This document shows positions 6,793 to 15,329 of a DNA stretch of 16,663 nt, piece by piece. The DNA is from a plasmid: the sequence record NZ_CP079207.1; one strand, given 5' to 3'. Under the pieces are notes generated by a model. It was given only the letters and a program-made list of their open reading frames with translations. It ran no database searches and was not told the origin of the DNA. Numbering within the stretch: position 1 is the first letter of the stretch; every line of letters begins with the position of its first letter. Both the position numbers and the translations under genes were made by a program.

Positions 6793-7662
6793 CTAGTTAT
6801 CAAAATTTCTATTTTTTAACTCTAAAATTTCTTCAACATTTTCAACCAAAATTCCTAAAGTCGACGCAATTTCTCTTGTGCTTTTGCCAATTTCCCGATA
6901 TTTTTTAACTCGAAAAATTAACTCTTGAGAATATTCTACAGGTTCCTTATCACGCTCTATCTCTTTAACTTCAACATTTCTAGCATGATACCTCTGCATC
7001 ATTTTTTGCAAAGTTCCTTCAAGAATATCAAACTGATTTACAAATTCTTTCGCTAAAATTTTAGAAACCCTATTTGACTTTTTAGCTTCATAAATCATTT
7101 TTCTATATCTCTGCTTAGAAGCCCGAGAAGCTTTACTATAGAATTCAGGATTATGAACCAACGCATAAATCATCATTTGCCTATTTAAATTTTCCTCATG
7201 GTCCCAATCTGGCAAATAAAAGTTTTCCAGCATTTCTCTAACTTCCTGAACATAATTTTCAATTTTTGAACCACGCAACTGCATTTCTAATCGCCAAAGT
7301 GAATCAACATTTACAATTCGTCCATGCCTTTGTTCTTGTTCAATTTTTTTATTATACAAACGAATTTGTCTCTCACTTGAACGCGCGCCGAAATATACCG
7401 TTTGCAATTCCCCATTCTTACCATAGAAAAACTTTTTAGTCATTCCCCAGCGCCATACCTGATAATACTGAATCTCAGAATCATTATAAATATCAAAAGC
7501 TACATCACAACGTGAATAATGCTTATTTTGAATTTTTGCAATAATTTCTCTAAGTAGCCATTGACCAGCTGGAGTATTCATCGAATGATTGGGATTAAAG
7601 TCAATTCTAATCTTATCTTTTTGAAACCTAGGAACTTCAAAATATGCAACTTGCCCAGGCGA
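6793..7662 (-). pseudogene. pT181-family (Rep_trans) rolling-circle replication initiator, missing its N-terminus.
   Basis: Block-by-block match to pT181 RepC: RIDFNPN vs [14 protein letters not shown] vs [36 protein letters not shown] vs [39 protein letters not shown] vs LWRVEIELKR. The frame is open upstream only to a TAA at 7663-7665. The first ATG (7581) lies after the RIDFNPN block, so about 100 N-terminal residues are absent. Confidence 0.7.
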
Positions 7663-7667
7663 TTACA

Positions 7668-7725
7668 GACATTACCGGCAGAATTATTCATTTAGACAGC
7701 TGCCAGGCATACCGGCATGACATGC
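7668..7725. other. Candidate double-strand-origin nick hairpin of the RCR replicon. GC-rich imperfect IR ACCGGCAG / CTGCCAGG flanks a loop containing TCTAAAT (minus strand), reminiscent of the pT181 IR-II CTCTAATAG nick loop.
   Basis: GC-rich patch in an AT-rich region, located where pT181-family plasmids carry their origin (within the 5' part of rep). Also a CATTACCGGCA / CATACCGGCA direct repeat. Confidence 0.3.
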
Positions 7726-7810
7726 GGCTGCTGCGTGATTAGCTGATATATTATAATTTTTCCAATTATTGTAAATATCAATTTTATCTTGTTTGGATAA
7801 TTTAGACATA

Positions 7811-7850
7811 AATAAAAACCCCGAAATTCTTGTCCGAATTTCGGGGTTCA
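7811..7850 (-). terminator. Rho-independent terminator of the nrd operon. Stem CCCCGAAATTC / GAATTTCGGGG with the T-run on the minus strand.
   Basis: Perfect 11-bp stem, 6-nt loop. The minus-strand RNA ends in UUUUUAUUU. Lies 40 nt downstream of the nrdE stop. Confidence 0.8.
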
Positions 7851-7887
7851 TATCAATAAACACTTTAGCTGCTTTTCTATTATTAAA

Positions 7888-10056
7888 CTAAATCATACAT
7901 TTCTGGCATTCTGCACCATTTTGAATTAAACATTCGTCTGCAGTCAAGTTCTCACTACCAGCTAAAACTTTTTCTCTTATTCTAACATAATAAATTGAGT
8001 TGCAGCGCTTTTTAAAGGCATAAATATAAGCCTTATTTAAATCTCTTGTTGTTGCATTATCTTCAACAAATAAAGTTAACGAAATTGATTGATCAACATA
8101 CTTTTGTGCAGCAGCTGTAATATCAATAATAGCATTAGGTCCTACTTCATATGCACCCTTTTCGTAATACTCATAATTGTCTTTATTAATCTTATAAGCT
8201 GGTACATAAATTCGACCCAAATCAGCCTCTTTGCGTGTTTCAACAGGAGCTACTACTGGCTGCAAACTTGGTGTACATGAAGATAAATAACTAATTGATC
8301 CAGTAGGTGCAACTGCTAACAAGTTAGCATTAGCTATACCTGTCTTTTTAATTTTAGTAATCAATTCTTCCCAATCTTCTTTAGTTGGAATAACTAATTT
8401 ATATTTAGCTACAATTTCTTTAATCTTGTCTGTTTTCGGTGAGACTTCCTCATCAATAAATTTTTTGAAATAATCACCACTAGCATATGATGAATCTTTG
8501 AATCCTTTAAAAGCACCATACTTTTCAGCTAATTTATTTGATTCTTTAAATGCATGGTATGCAATTGTATAAAAGAAAATTCCTGTAAATTCAACTGCTT
8601 CTGGTGAATCATAATAAATATGATTAGTTGCTAAAAAGCCATGTAAATTCATTGCTCCTAGACCGATTGCTCGATTAGCTTTATTTCCCTTTTCAATTGA
8701 AGGAGCACAATCTAAATCTGAAGACCTGGCAACACGATTAAGCGCTTGAACACTATCAGAAACCAAACCACCTAACTTGTCAGCGCTATTCATTGCTGCT
8801 GCAATATTAAGTGATCCTAAATTACAACAAACATCGTAGCCCGTCTTATTAAAACTTAAGTCTTCATTATAGGTACTTGGCGTATTAACCTGAGCAATTT
8901 CTGAACATAAATTAGACATCACGATCCGCCCCAATTTCTTTTGTGGGTTTCTTCGATTGACAGTATCTTCATACATAATATAGGGATACCCTGATTCAAA
9001 TTGAACTTCAGCAATAGTTTGGAAGAATTTTCTAGCACTGATAAATGTCTTTTTAATACATGGATTATTAAGGAGATTTTGGTATTCTTTAGTAATTGAA
9101 ATATCTGACATTGGTTTACCATATTCACGTTTAATATCATATGGTGAAAACAAAGCCATCTTTTTATTTTCTTTGGCTAGTTCAAAAGTAATATCTGGAA
9201 TCACTACGCCAAGTGATAAAGATTTAATTCTTACCTTTTCGTCAGCGTTTTCTCGTTTAGTATCTAAAAATTGCAGAATCTGGGGATGATGGGCACTTAA
9301 ATAAACTGCACCGGCACCTTGTCTTTGCCCTAATTGATTGGCATAAGAAAATGAATCTTCTAGTAATTTCATTACAGGAATTATCCCACTAGATAAATTC
9401 TTCATTTTTTTAATAGGTGCACCTAATTCACGCAAATTAGTTAAGCATAGAGCAACACCACCACCACGTTTAGATAATTGCAGACTTGTGCTTATTGCTC
9501 GTGAAATTGATTCCATATTGTCTTCAACTCTGAGCAAATAACATGAAACATATTCACCGCGTCTCTTTTTACCTGCATTCAAGAAAGTCGGAGTTGCTGG
9601 CTGGAAACGATTACTAATAATATCTTTAACTAAATTCAAGGCCAGTTCTTCATTGCCATCAGCTAAAAATAAAGCATTCATAACAGCCCGATCTTCAAAA
9701 CGTTCTAAAAATTGTTTATTATCGTTTGTTTTTAAGGCATATGCTTTATAGAATTTAGCTGCACCCATAAAGTTCAAAAAGCTAAAATTTTGCGCATAAG
9801 CTAATTTGAAAATTTCTTTAATAAATTTAGCTGTATATAAATCTAGAACTTTTTTATCATAGTAATTATTATCAACTAAATAAGCTAATTTTTCTTCTAA
9901 AGAAGCAAACTTTTTCATTCTTGGTTCAATATGATTTTCAAGATATTGCTTAGTAGCTTCCTTGTCAGCTTTAAAATTATAATTTCCTTTTTCATCTTTA
10001 AATTTAGCAAGTGCATTTAAAGAAATATATGAATCATTATTAAGATGATCAGTCAT
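7888..10056 (-). CDS. nrdE: Class Ib ribonucleotide reductase alpha subunit NrdE.
   Basis: About 720 aa with the catalytic NLCSEI motif. Start taken at MTDHL (ATG 10056, RBS GGTGAGGA), which overlaps the nrdI stop in ATGACTGA. Confidence 0.9.
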   Translation of the reverse strand: MTDHLNNDSYISLNALAKFKDEKGNYNFKADKEATKQYLENHIEPRMKKFASLEEKLAYLVDNNYYDKKVLDLYTAKFIKEIFKLAYAQNFSFLNFMGAAKFYKAYALKTNDNKQFLERFEDRAVMNALFLADGNEELALNLVKDIISNRFQPATPTFLNAGKKRRGEYVSCYLLRVEDNMESISRAISTSLQLSKRGGGVALCLTNLRELGAPIKKMKNLSSGIIPVMKLLEDSFSYANQLGQRQGAGAVYLSAHHPQILQFLDTKRENADEKVRIKSLSLGVVIPDITFELAKENKKMALFSPYDIKREYGKPMSDISITKEYQNLLNNPCIKKTFISARKFFQTIAEVQFESGYPYIMYEDTVNRRNPQKKLGRIVMSNLCSEIAQVNTPSTYNEDLSFNKTGYDVCCNLGSLNIAAAMNSADKLGGLVSDSVQALNRVARSSDLDCAPSIEKGNKANRAIGLGAMNLHGFLATNHIYYDSPEAVEFTGIFFYTIAYHAFKESNKLAEKYGAFKGFKDSSYASGDYFKKFIDEEVSPKTDKIKEIVAKYKLVIPTKEDWEELITKIKKTGIANANLLAVAPTGSISYLSSCTPSLQPVVAPVETRKEADLGRIYVPAYKINKDNYEYYEKGAYEVGPNAIIDITAAAQKYVDQSISLTLFVEDNATTRDLNKAYIYAFKKRCNSIYYVRIREKVLAGSENLTADECLIQNGAECQKCMI

Positions 10057-10474
10057 TGTCCTCACCTGCATCAGCAATTATTTTATTAACATTATTTACA
10101 TCTTCAGTTGTTCCCAGTAACTCAAATTTATATAGATAAGGAACATGTAATTTCTTAGAAATTACATCCCCTGCCAAGGCAAAAGAATTACCAAAATTGG
10201 TATTTCCACTAGCAATAACACCAATACATTTTTGCCGATTAGCCAATTTGTTCAAAAAGTGGATAACTTGCTCAGGCACAGCACCTGTAGTCCCATGGCC
10301 ACCAGAATAAGTTGGCGTAATTAAAATATATTCTTCAGAAACTGAAATTTCTTTACTGAGTTTAATAGGAATCCTAATAGAATTACAATCTAACTTTTCT
10401 ACAAAGCGTGCTGTATTATTTGAAGTGGAAGAATAATAGACAACTAATGGCTTTTTAGAAATCCCAGTCATCAT
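10049..10474 (-). CDS. nrdI: NrdI flavodoxin-like protein of class Ib RNR.
   Basis: About 140 aa. N-terminal [20 protein letters not shown] has the NrdI signature. Lies between nrdF and nrdE with overlapping stop and start codons. Confidence 0.85.
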   Translation of the reverse strand: MMTGISKKPLVVYYSSTSNNTARFVEKLDCNSIRIPIKLSKEISVSEEYILITPTYSGGHGTTGAVPEQVIHFLNKLANRQKCIGVIASGNTNFGNSFALAGDVISKKLHVPYLYKFELLGTTEDVNNVNKIIADAGEDND

Positions 10475-11462
10475 CTTTAGTCTCCTCTCCTGTTCCCATT
10501 ACATATGAAGAACCATTACCAGAAAAGAAATCATGGTTTTCATCAGCTTGAGCTGATAATTGAGCGAATACTTCTGGGGAAATATAAGTTTCTTCTGCGG
10601 TAAAAGGAGTATCATAGCCTAAATTTTGTAAAAATTTACCTGCATTATACAAACTGAAATGAATTGCATCATCAACCAAATCAAAATCATCATAAAGCTC
10701 GTGCAAATATTTCTTTTCCAAATCAATTAGTTTATCTAAGAAATCAAAAACGAATTTTTTCATTTCTGCTTGTTTAGCTGGAGCTAATTTCTTTACGGCC
10801 AATTGATATTTGTAACCACTATAATAATTGTGAATAACCTTATCTCTTAAGATCAATCTAATAATATCAGCAGTATTAGGCAATTTACCTCTTGCAGCTA
10901 AATAAAATGGTAAATAAAAACCACCATAAAGCAGGAACCCTGGCATAATTGCTGCGGCAACCTTTGATTTAAGCGGATCATTGCCTGTATAATACGGAAT
11001 TACCGCTTTAGCTCTTGCTTGTAAAGCATCATTATTAACTACCCATTCATGCGCTTCTTCAATTTGTTCACTAGTACATAAAGTAGAAAAAATAGTTCCA
11101 TATGATCTTGCATGGACAGCAACCATAAAAGCAAAATTTGCATAGATAGCTTGCTCTATATCAGTTTGTGAATTTTTAATTTGGGCTACATCACCCACAC
11201 TTGATTGAGTTGTATCTAATAAAGTCAATCCAGTGAAAGTGCGAGTTATAAGCTGTTGCCAGTCATCAGATAATTGATTCCAAGAACTTATATCATTCGA
11301 AACTGGGATTTTTTCAGGTAACCAAAAGTTTTGAGTAACTCTGTTCCAAACCTCAAGATCCTTATCATCTTTAATGTCATTCCAGTTAATAGCTCGCATA
11401 TTTTTGCCGTTGTTATTGTAAGCAAATTCAACTGGTGACTGTGAATGATCATAATAACTCAT
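10455..11462 (-). CDS. nrdF: Class Ib ribonucleotide reductase beta subunit NrdF.
   Basis: [42 protein letters not shown] plus the ferritin-like diiron E/H motifs (EEAHEW). Start chosen at the second ATG (11462), preceded by AGGAG. Confidence 0.9.
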   Translation of the reverse strand: MSYYDHSQSPVEFAYNNNGKNMRAINWNDIKDDKDLEVWNRVTQNFWLPEKIPVSNDISSWNQLSDDWQQLITRTFTGLTLLDTTQSSVGDVAQIKNSQTDIEQAIYANFAFMVAVHARSYGTIFSTLCTSEQIEEAHEWVVNNDALQARAKAVIPYYTGNDPLKSKVAAAIMPGFLLYGGFYLPFYLAARGKLPNTADIIRLILRDKVIHNYYSGYKYQLAVKKLAPAKQAEMKKFVFDFLDKLIDLEKKYLHELYDDFDLVDDAIHFSLYNAGKFLQNLGYDTPFTAEETYISPEVFAQLSAQADENHDFFSGNGSSYVMGTGEETKDDDWDF

Positions 11463-11542
11463 ATTTGTATTTGCTCCTATCATTATTTATTGTTTTATCT
11501 AATATTTGTGTGAACATAATATAGCATCTTCTGCTCAATAAT

Positions 11543-11586
11543 ACAACATGTGGATTTTTGGCTATTTATAATCAATATATTGTGGC
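11543..11586. promoter_or_regulatory. Two NrdR-box-like palindromes about 30 bp apart, overlapping the predicted nrdF promoter. On the minus strand: -35 TTGTAT, 17-bp spacer, -10 TATATT.
   Basis: TCAATATATTGTGG (11572-11585) matches the NrdR core CwAtATaTwG exactly. ACAACATGTGG (11543-11553) is a weaker second box. Tandem boxes at roughly 31-bp spacing are the usual NrdR arrangement. Confidence 0.45.
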
Positions 11587-11682
11587 TAAGCCGTTTTGAT
11601 AATACAAAATTATTTTCAAATTTATTTTATCTTCCAAAAATAATGTAGGTGTTGTTTTTTGCTTTTTTGACAAAAAAATCTC

Positions 11683-11752
11683 CCTGAATTGTCAAATTAA
11701 GTGCAACAGTTAGGCTATGAAGAGATATACTGCTTGAAGAGTTCTTCTGCTG
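11683..11752. mobile_element. 70-bp solo fragment of the IS30-family element: the left IR plus the last 13 codons of the transposase.
   Basis: Near-identical to 4460-4529 (three mismatches visible). Similarity stops abruptly at 11752. Confidence 0.8.
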
Positions 11753-12129
11753 ATAGCGCTGAAATTTCAAATAGAATTAATACCGATAACGATCAGGATC
11801 AGGATCAGCAAGGTGATAATGCGGAAACAAATTTTGAATATTCCGATGATCGTGATGGAGATGACCAATAAATAATTAAAAAAAGGAGTAGACAAAATAG
11901 CATTAAGTCAGAAATTAGCTTTGAATAATGATTTTCAAAACAAAAAAGCCCTGCTATTATGCAGAGCCACCGCGCGTTCGCAAGTTATCGTCTTGCTGCG
12001 CATGCATCCATGATCATTGGACGCGACAATTTTCCTACATGTATTATAACATGCTAAAATAAAAATGCATGTCATTCATGCACATTCTAGGGTTGGCTCA
12101 ATCAACCACCCTATAGGAGGTGAGAGACG

Positions 12130-12219
12130 TTGGACGACATGACAATTTTCCTAATTTGCGTTCTGCTACATGAGCTCCATTTAGTTCTTCGGGAACTAAA
12201 TAATCTACTTGATAAGTAG
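12130..12219 (+). CDS. Short hydrophobic peptide P1, 29 aa from TTG 12130 (MDDMTIFLICVLLHELHLVLRELNNLLDK) or 26 aa from ATG 12139.
   Basis: RBS GGAGG 9 nt upstream. Paralogous at both protein and DNA level to the peptide at 12686-12778. A degenerate copy of the 5' end lies at about 12024-12056. Confidence 0.45.
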   Translation: MDDMTIFLICVLLHELHLVLRELNNLLDK

Positions 12220-12224
12220 TCATC

Positions 12225-12470
12225 ATTAGTAGACGCGACCAGAGTCATCGGCAGTTGTATAGTCGGTGACTTTTTTATTTTGCATTCTTTAATTCTCTAA
12301 AGCGTCGATAAATTGGTGTTTTGGAGATCCCTAATTTCTTGCTGATTTCAGAATAGCTCCTGTATGCAACCTCCAGGCAAAATCAATTTGTTCTGGAGTG
12401 TACTTTCGAAGCATACCATCATGGAGGTTGGTATTATTAGCTTTCGCTCATGCCTTGTTTTCCCAAGATG
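12225..12470 (-). pseudogene. Decayed 3' remnant of a serine resolvase gene, homologous to 12775-13380, with a frameshift and upstream loss.
   Basis: DNA-level homology to 12790-13010. It translates to ..NLHDGMLRKYTPEQIDFAWRLHTGAILKSARN-stop, where the intact gene reads FHDGMPRKYTSEQIDFAWKLHTQDHMSYSEISRKLG. An in-frame stop lies upstream. Confidence 0.7.
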
Positions 12471-12685
12471 AAAAAGTGCGACAGATCAACGCTTTTTTAT
12501 TTTTTTGGTCAAATTTTAGAAATATGCTAAATAAAAAAAGCGGTCAAACGACCGCCCACGTTTTGCATGCCTCGTTCATGTCGACAGCATAACACTAATC
12601 CTTTAATCATTATAACATGATAAAATAGTTATGGCATGCTTTTGTGCCCCTACACTGCTGTAAAAGGCTAGAAAGGAGCTGTATC

Positions 12686-12778
12686 ATGTCAGATGTTGTA
12701 ACACTAATCCTAACAATCGCACTTTTGAATGAATTACATTTAGTCCTTCACGAACTAAACCAGCTATTAAAGCACTAG
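12686..12778 (+). CDS. Short hydrophobic peptide P2, 30 aa (MSDVVTLILTIALLNELHLVLHELNQLLKH).
   Basis: RBS GAAAGGAG 7 nt upstream of the ATG. The stop codon TAG overlaps the convergent resolvase stop within CTAG. Paralog of P1. Confidence 0.45.
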   Translation: MSDVVTLILTIALLNELHLVLHELNQLLKH

Positions 12779-13380
12779 TGCAAAAAGTCGTCCTTCGGGG
12801 CGGCTTTTTTGTCTCTTAACTCTCTAAAACGCCGGTAGATAGTTGCTTTTGACATACCTAATTTCCGACTGATTTCAGAATAGCTCATGTGGTCTTGAGT
12901 ATGGAGCTTCCACGCAAAATCAATTTGTTCTGAGGTGTACTTTCGAGGCATACCATCATGGAAGTTAGGATTATTGGCTTTTGCCCATGCCTTGCCTTCC
13001 TGGGTTCGGTTCACGATAAGATCACGTTCAAATTCTGCAAATGCACTGAATACAGTGAAGATTAGACGGCCACTTGGTGAATTATCAATCGTACCAATAT
13101 TTAAGACGCGTAGAATGATTCCCTCAGCATTTAATTGTTTAACAATGTTCAATGCGTCCTGAGTATTACGTGCTAGTCGATCTAATTTGGTGACAATTAG
13201 GGTATCACCACTACCAATTTGAGCCATCAATTTATCGAATTCTGGTCGATTTGCTGTGGTGCCTGTGTATTTATCCTTAAAGATTTTGGTCGCTCCTGCC
13301 TGTTTTAGGTCTTCAACTTGAGTTGCATAGTCCTGCTGAGTAGTTGAAACACGAGCATAGCCATAAATGGTATTTGTCAT
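12775..13380 (-). CDS. Serine recombinase of the resolvase/invertase family.
   Basis: YGYARVSTTQQD catalytic-Ser motif. About 200 aa. C-terminal HTH (SYSEISRKLGMSKATIYRRF). Confidence 0.9.
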   Translation of the reverse strand: MTNTIYGYARVSTTQQDYATQVEDLKQAGATKIFKDKYTGTTANRPEFDKLMAQIGSGDTLIVTKLDRLARNTQDALNIVKQLNAEGIILRVLNIGTIDNSPSGRLIFTVFSAFAEFERDLIVNRTQEGKAWAKANNPNFHDGMPRKYTSEQIDFAWKLHTQDHMSYSEISRKLGMSKATIYRRFRELRDKKAAPKDDFLH

Positions 13381-13486
13381 ATATTTCCTTTCAATTATGA
13401 ATACAAGTTATGAATATGGCTTATGCCCTATCTTAGAAGATTCTACTTTTGTATTCAAGACTTTCAACTTTTGATTACAAAACAAA

Positions 13487-13527
13487 AAGCAGTTTCTAAA
13501 AAGAAACTGCTTAAGTATTATTATTTT
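13487..13527. terminator. Bidirectional rho-independent terminator. Stem AAGCAGTTTCT / AGAAACTGCTT; the T-run is stronger on the minus strand.
   Basis: Perfect 10-11-bp stem with an AAAAA loop. The minus-strand RNA is followed by UUUUUGUUUUG. Confidence 0.65.
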
Positions 13528-13729
13528 CAATAATTACCATTTAATGTTAGAAATAGAAGATCAAAAGTAGAGAATGAAAATGTAAAAGTAGGAGTAGAGA
13601 ATAAAAATGAGAAAAAAGGGCTGGCTCTTTCTAACAGCCAGTCAGAGTACTCAAATCTGAGACAAAATGTAAAAATTAGCATAGATCGATTAACAATTGT
13701 TGGAGATTTTTCGACAGAGCTTTTTAAAA

Positions 13730-14350
13730 AATTAGTTCGTAAATGGCTGACTTTTTCTTTTATTAGATCTTCGGGAGCTGGTTTTGAGGTATTAGATTAT
13801 TCAAATTGCAGGTTTGATGATTTCGGTAATCCACATGAGGAAATTCCGCCTGGGCTTTTAAAACGTGCTGTTTTTTCTTGCCGGAATAATAAGCTGCTTG
13901 TCTTTTTTTGGGCGTTGAATCTTTACTTCAGTGGCATCGATTAAGACAACATCGTCTGGCTTGATTTCTTGCTTGCCAATGTTAAAGCCATGCTTAGCCA
14001 AAGTCTCTTCGGCCCAGTGGCTTCTTCTGATCAGGTTGCTGTCATGCACACCGTAATCGGCAGCTATTTGTTCATAAGTACGGTATTCCTTGAGGTACTG
14101 CAAAGTAGCCAGAAGCAGGTCTTCAATTGCCAGCTTGAGCTTTCTGCCGCCTCGGGCATGCTTGACTTGATATTCGGCTTTTAATACTTTGACCATTTCG
14201 TCAAAGACAGGCTTGGCAACGCCGATCAGACGCTTGAATCTGGTATTGTTTAAATTTTTAGCTGTTTCGTATTTCATAATTTAAGATTATAGCAGATGTT
14301 TCGCAGTAACTCTATTAACTAAAGAAACAAATAATGAAAGGCATGGTTGG
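13730..14350 (-). mobile_element. 5' fragment of an IS5-family element (IS427-like two-ORF organisation). orfA (13858-14277) is intact. orfB begins via a -1 frame at AAAAAAC and then stops after about 30 codons, so the DDE domain is missing.
   Basis: The orfA N-terminal HTH region ends at the first DDE aspartate (LIDATE). The -1 frame continues KKKQHVLKAQ, resembling the IS5-family YSGKKKRHTLK block. No further transposase sequence follows. Confidence 0.55.
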
Positions 14351-14819
14351 CTTTGGAAAATAACGCATTAGCTAATAACGTCAAAATACGCTGAACTGAG
14401 TTTGTCGAAATACCGGTGAGACTGGCGATAGTCTTAGCCGGGAGTGATTTACTGGCTAGCTTCAGCACATGAGTCGCTAGTCCGTGACCGATGGCGTGGT
14501 TGGTTGATACCACTGGAGTGGTGGCCGTACAAGTGCTATGGCAGTTACTACAACGCCAGCGTTGCTTGTTTAGCTCTAGAATTACGGGCCGGTCCATGGA
14601 TCCTGCAATGTGGACATGAGTGAGCTTGTGTCCGTTAGGGTGCAACATATTGTATCCACAGCTGGGACAGCGCCTGAGTGTGTAGGTAAGCTCTGCCTGG
14701 ATGACCAAATACTTTTTGCGACCCGAGCCCCGACCATGAAATTCCTCACGAGTACCGAACACCCGAATGTTTGTGTCTGTAACTCCCAGTAATTTAAGTG
14801 TATTATCTAGTTGAGACAT
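14319..14819 (-). pseudogene. N-terminal fragment of an ISL3-family transposase (zinc-finger domain), interrupted by the IS5-family element. The candidate ISL3 terminal IR lies at about 14883-14909.
   Basis: [18 protein letters not shown]...[10 protein letters not shown]...RWRCSNCHS matches the zf-ISL3 N-terminus. The ORF ends after 166 aa with a junction-derived tail [11 protein letters not shown]. Full ISL3 transposases are more than 400 aa. Confidence 0.6.
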
Positions 14820-15025
14820 CTATTCCTACCCCCGCTTATCTTGAGTTTCGTCGCTTAAAGCATAGCACTAGGGAGGCTTAGATGCCTTTTTTTGTTATCA
14901 AAAAGGGCCTAGTACTTTTGGAATGGAAATACTTTCCAACACCAAAAATTCTAGACCCCTAAATTTGCGATCTACCACGTATGTTTAAATCAAATTTATT
15001 TTAAATATACCTTGTACAGTGAAGT

Positions 15026-15087
15026 TTACTGATTGTGTGATTTATGATAAAAGATTAATCTTTTATCATAAATCACACAATCAGTAA
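15026..15087. repeat. Perfect 62-bp palindrome immediately downstream of the small par gene. It carries the same TGATTTATGAT and GATTAATC motifs as the parA operator.
   Basis: TTACTGATTGTGTGATTTATGATAAAAGATTAATCTTTTATCATAAATCACACAATCAGTAA checked base by base. There is no T-run after it on either strand. Confidence 0.8.
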
Positions 15088-15107
15088 TACATAAGTTAAG
15101 CTCAATC

Positions 15108-15323
15108 TTATTTACGTTTGGCAAGGCCTTCACGAATAATTTTTTCTAAGACATCAACAATTTTTTTGTCATTCTCAAAAGCGATGCGTTTAACTTCTTT
15201 ATATGTGCTCATGCGAAGTTGAACGGTTTTAGTTCTTTCTGTTTCGAATTGGTATGGACTTTTTAGATTTTTAAGTTGTTCAGATGCCTTTTTACTAACT
15301 TTGTTTAAAAAATCTTCTGCCAT
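15108..15323 (-). CDS. Small RHH-type partition/centromere-binding protein (ParG/ParR-like partner of ParA).
   Basis: 71 aa located directly after parA. TVQLRMSTYKEVKRIAFENDKKIVDVLEKIIREGLAK has a beta-strand plus two helices, the RHH pattern. Confidence 0.55.
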   Translation of the reverse strand: MAEDFLNKVSKKASEQLKNLKSPYQFETERTKTVQLRMSTYKEVKRIAFENDKKIVDVLEKIIREGLAKRK

Positions 15324-15329
15324 GATAAA

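Noticed and set aside
8089-9140. Small ORFs of 63 aa (plus strand) and 73 aa (minus strand) inside nrdE
   Set aside because: Both are embedded in the nrdE coding region. AT-rich codon usage yields hydrophobic nonsense.
11930-12010. GC-rich patch (GCAGAGCCACCGCGCGTTCGCAAGTTATCGTCTTGCTGCGCATGC) considered as a possible riboswitch or tRNA fragment
   Set aside because: No cloverleaf or known riboswitch consensus is recognisable by eye. It is most simply part of the decayed upstream copy of the peptide/resolvase module.
12398-12592. 64-aa ORF MYFRSIPSWRLVLLAFAHAL...
   Set aside because: It is antisense to the resolvase remnant. An almost identical shadow ORF (12935-13162) lies antisense to the intact resolvase, so the similarity reflects the resolvase DNA homology and not a gene family.
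12935-13162. 75-aa plus-strand ORF within the resolvase gene
   Set aside because: Antisense shadow of the resolvase coding sequence.
13381-13480. Possible res site upstream of the resolvase (TTATGAATA direct repeats: ATTATGAATACAAGTTATGAATATGG)
   Set aside because: Only two short repeats are visible and no clear three-subsite architecture. Plausible but too weak to call as a feature.
13969-14792. Plus-strand ORFs of 71 aa and 60 aa opposite the IS5/ISL3 transposase fragments
   Set aside because: Antisense shadows of transposase fragments.
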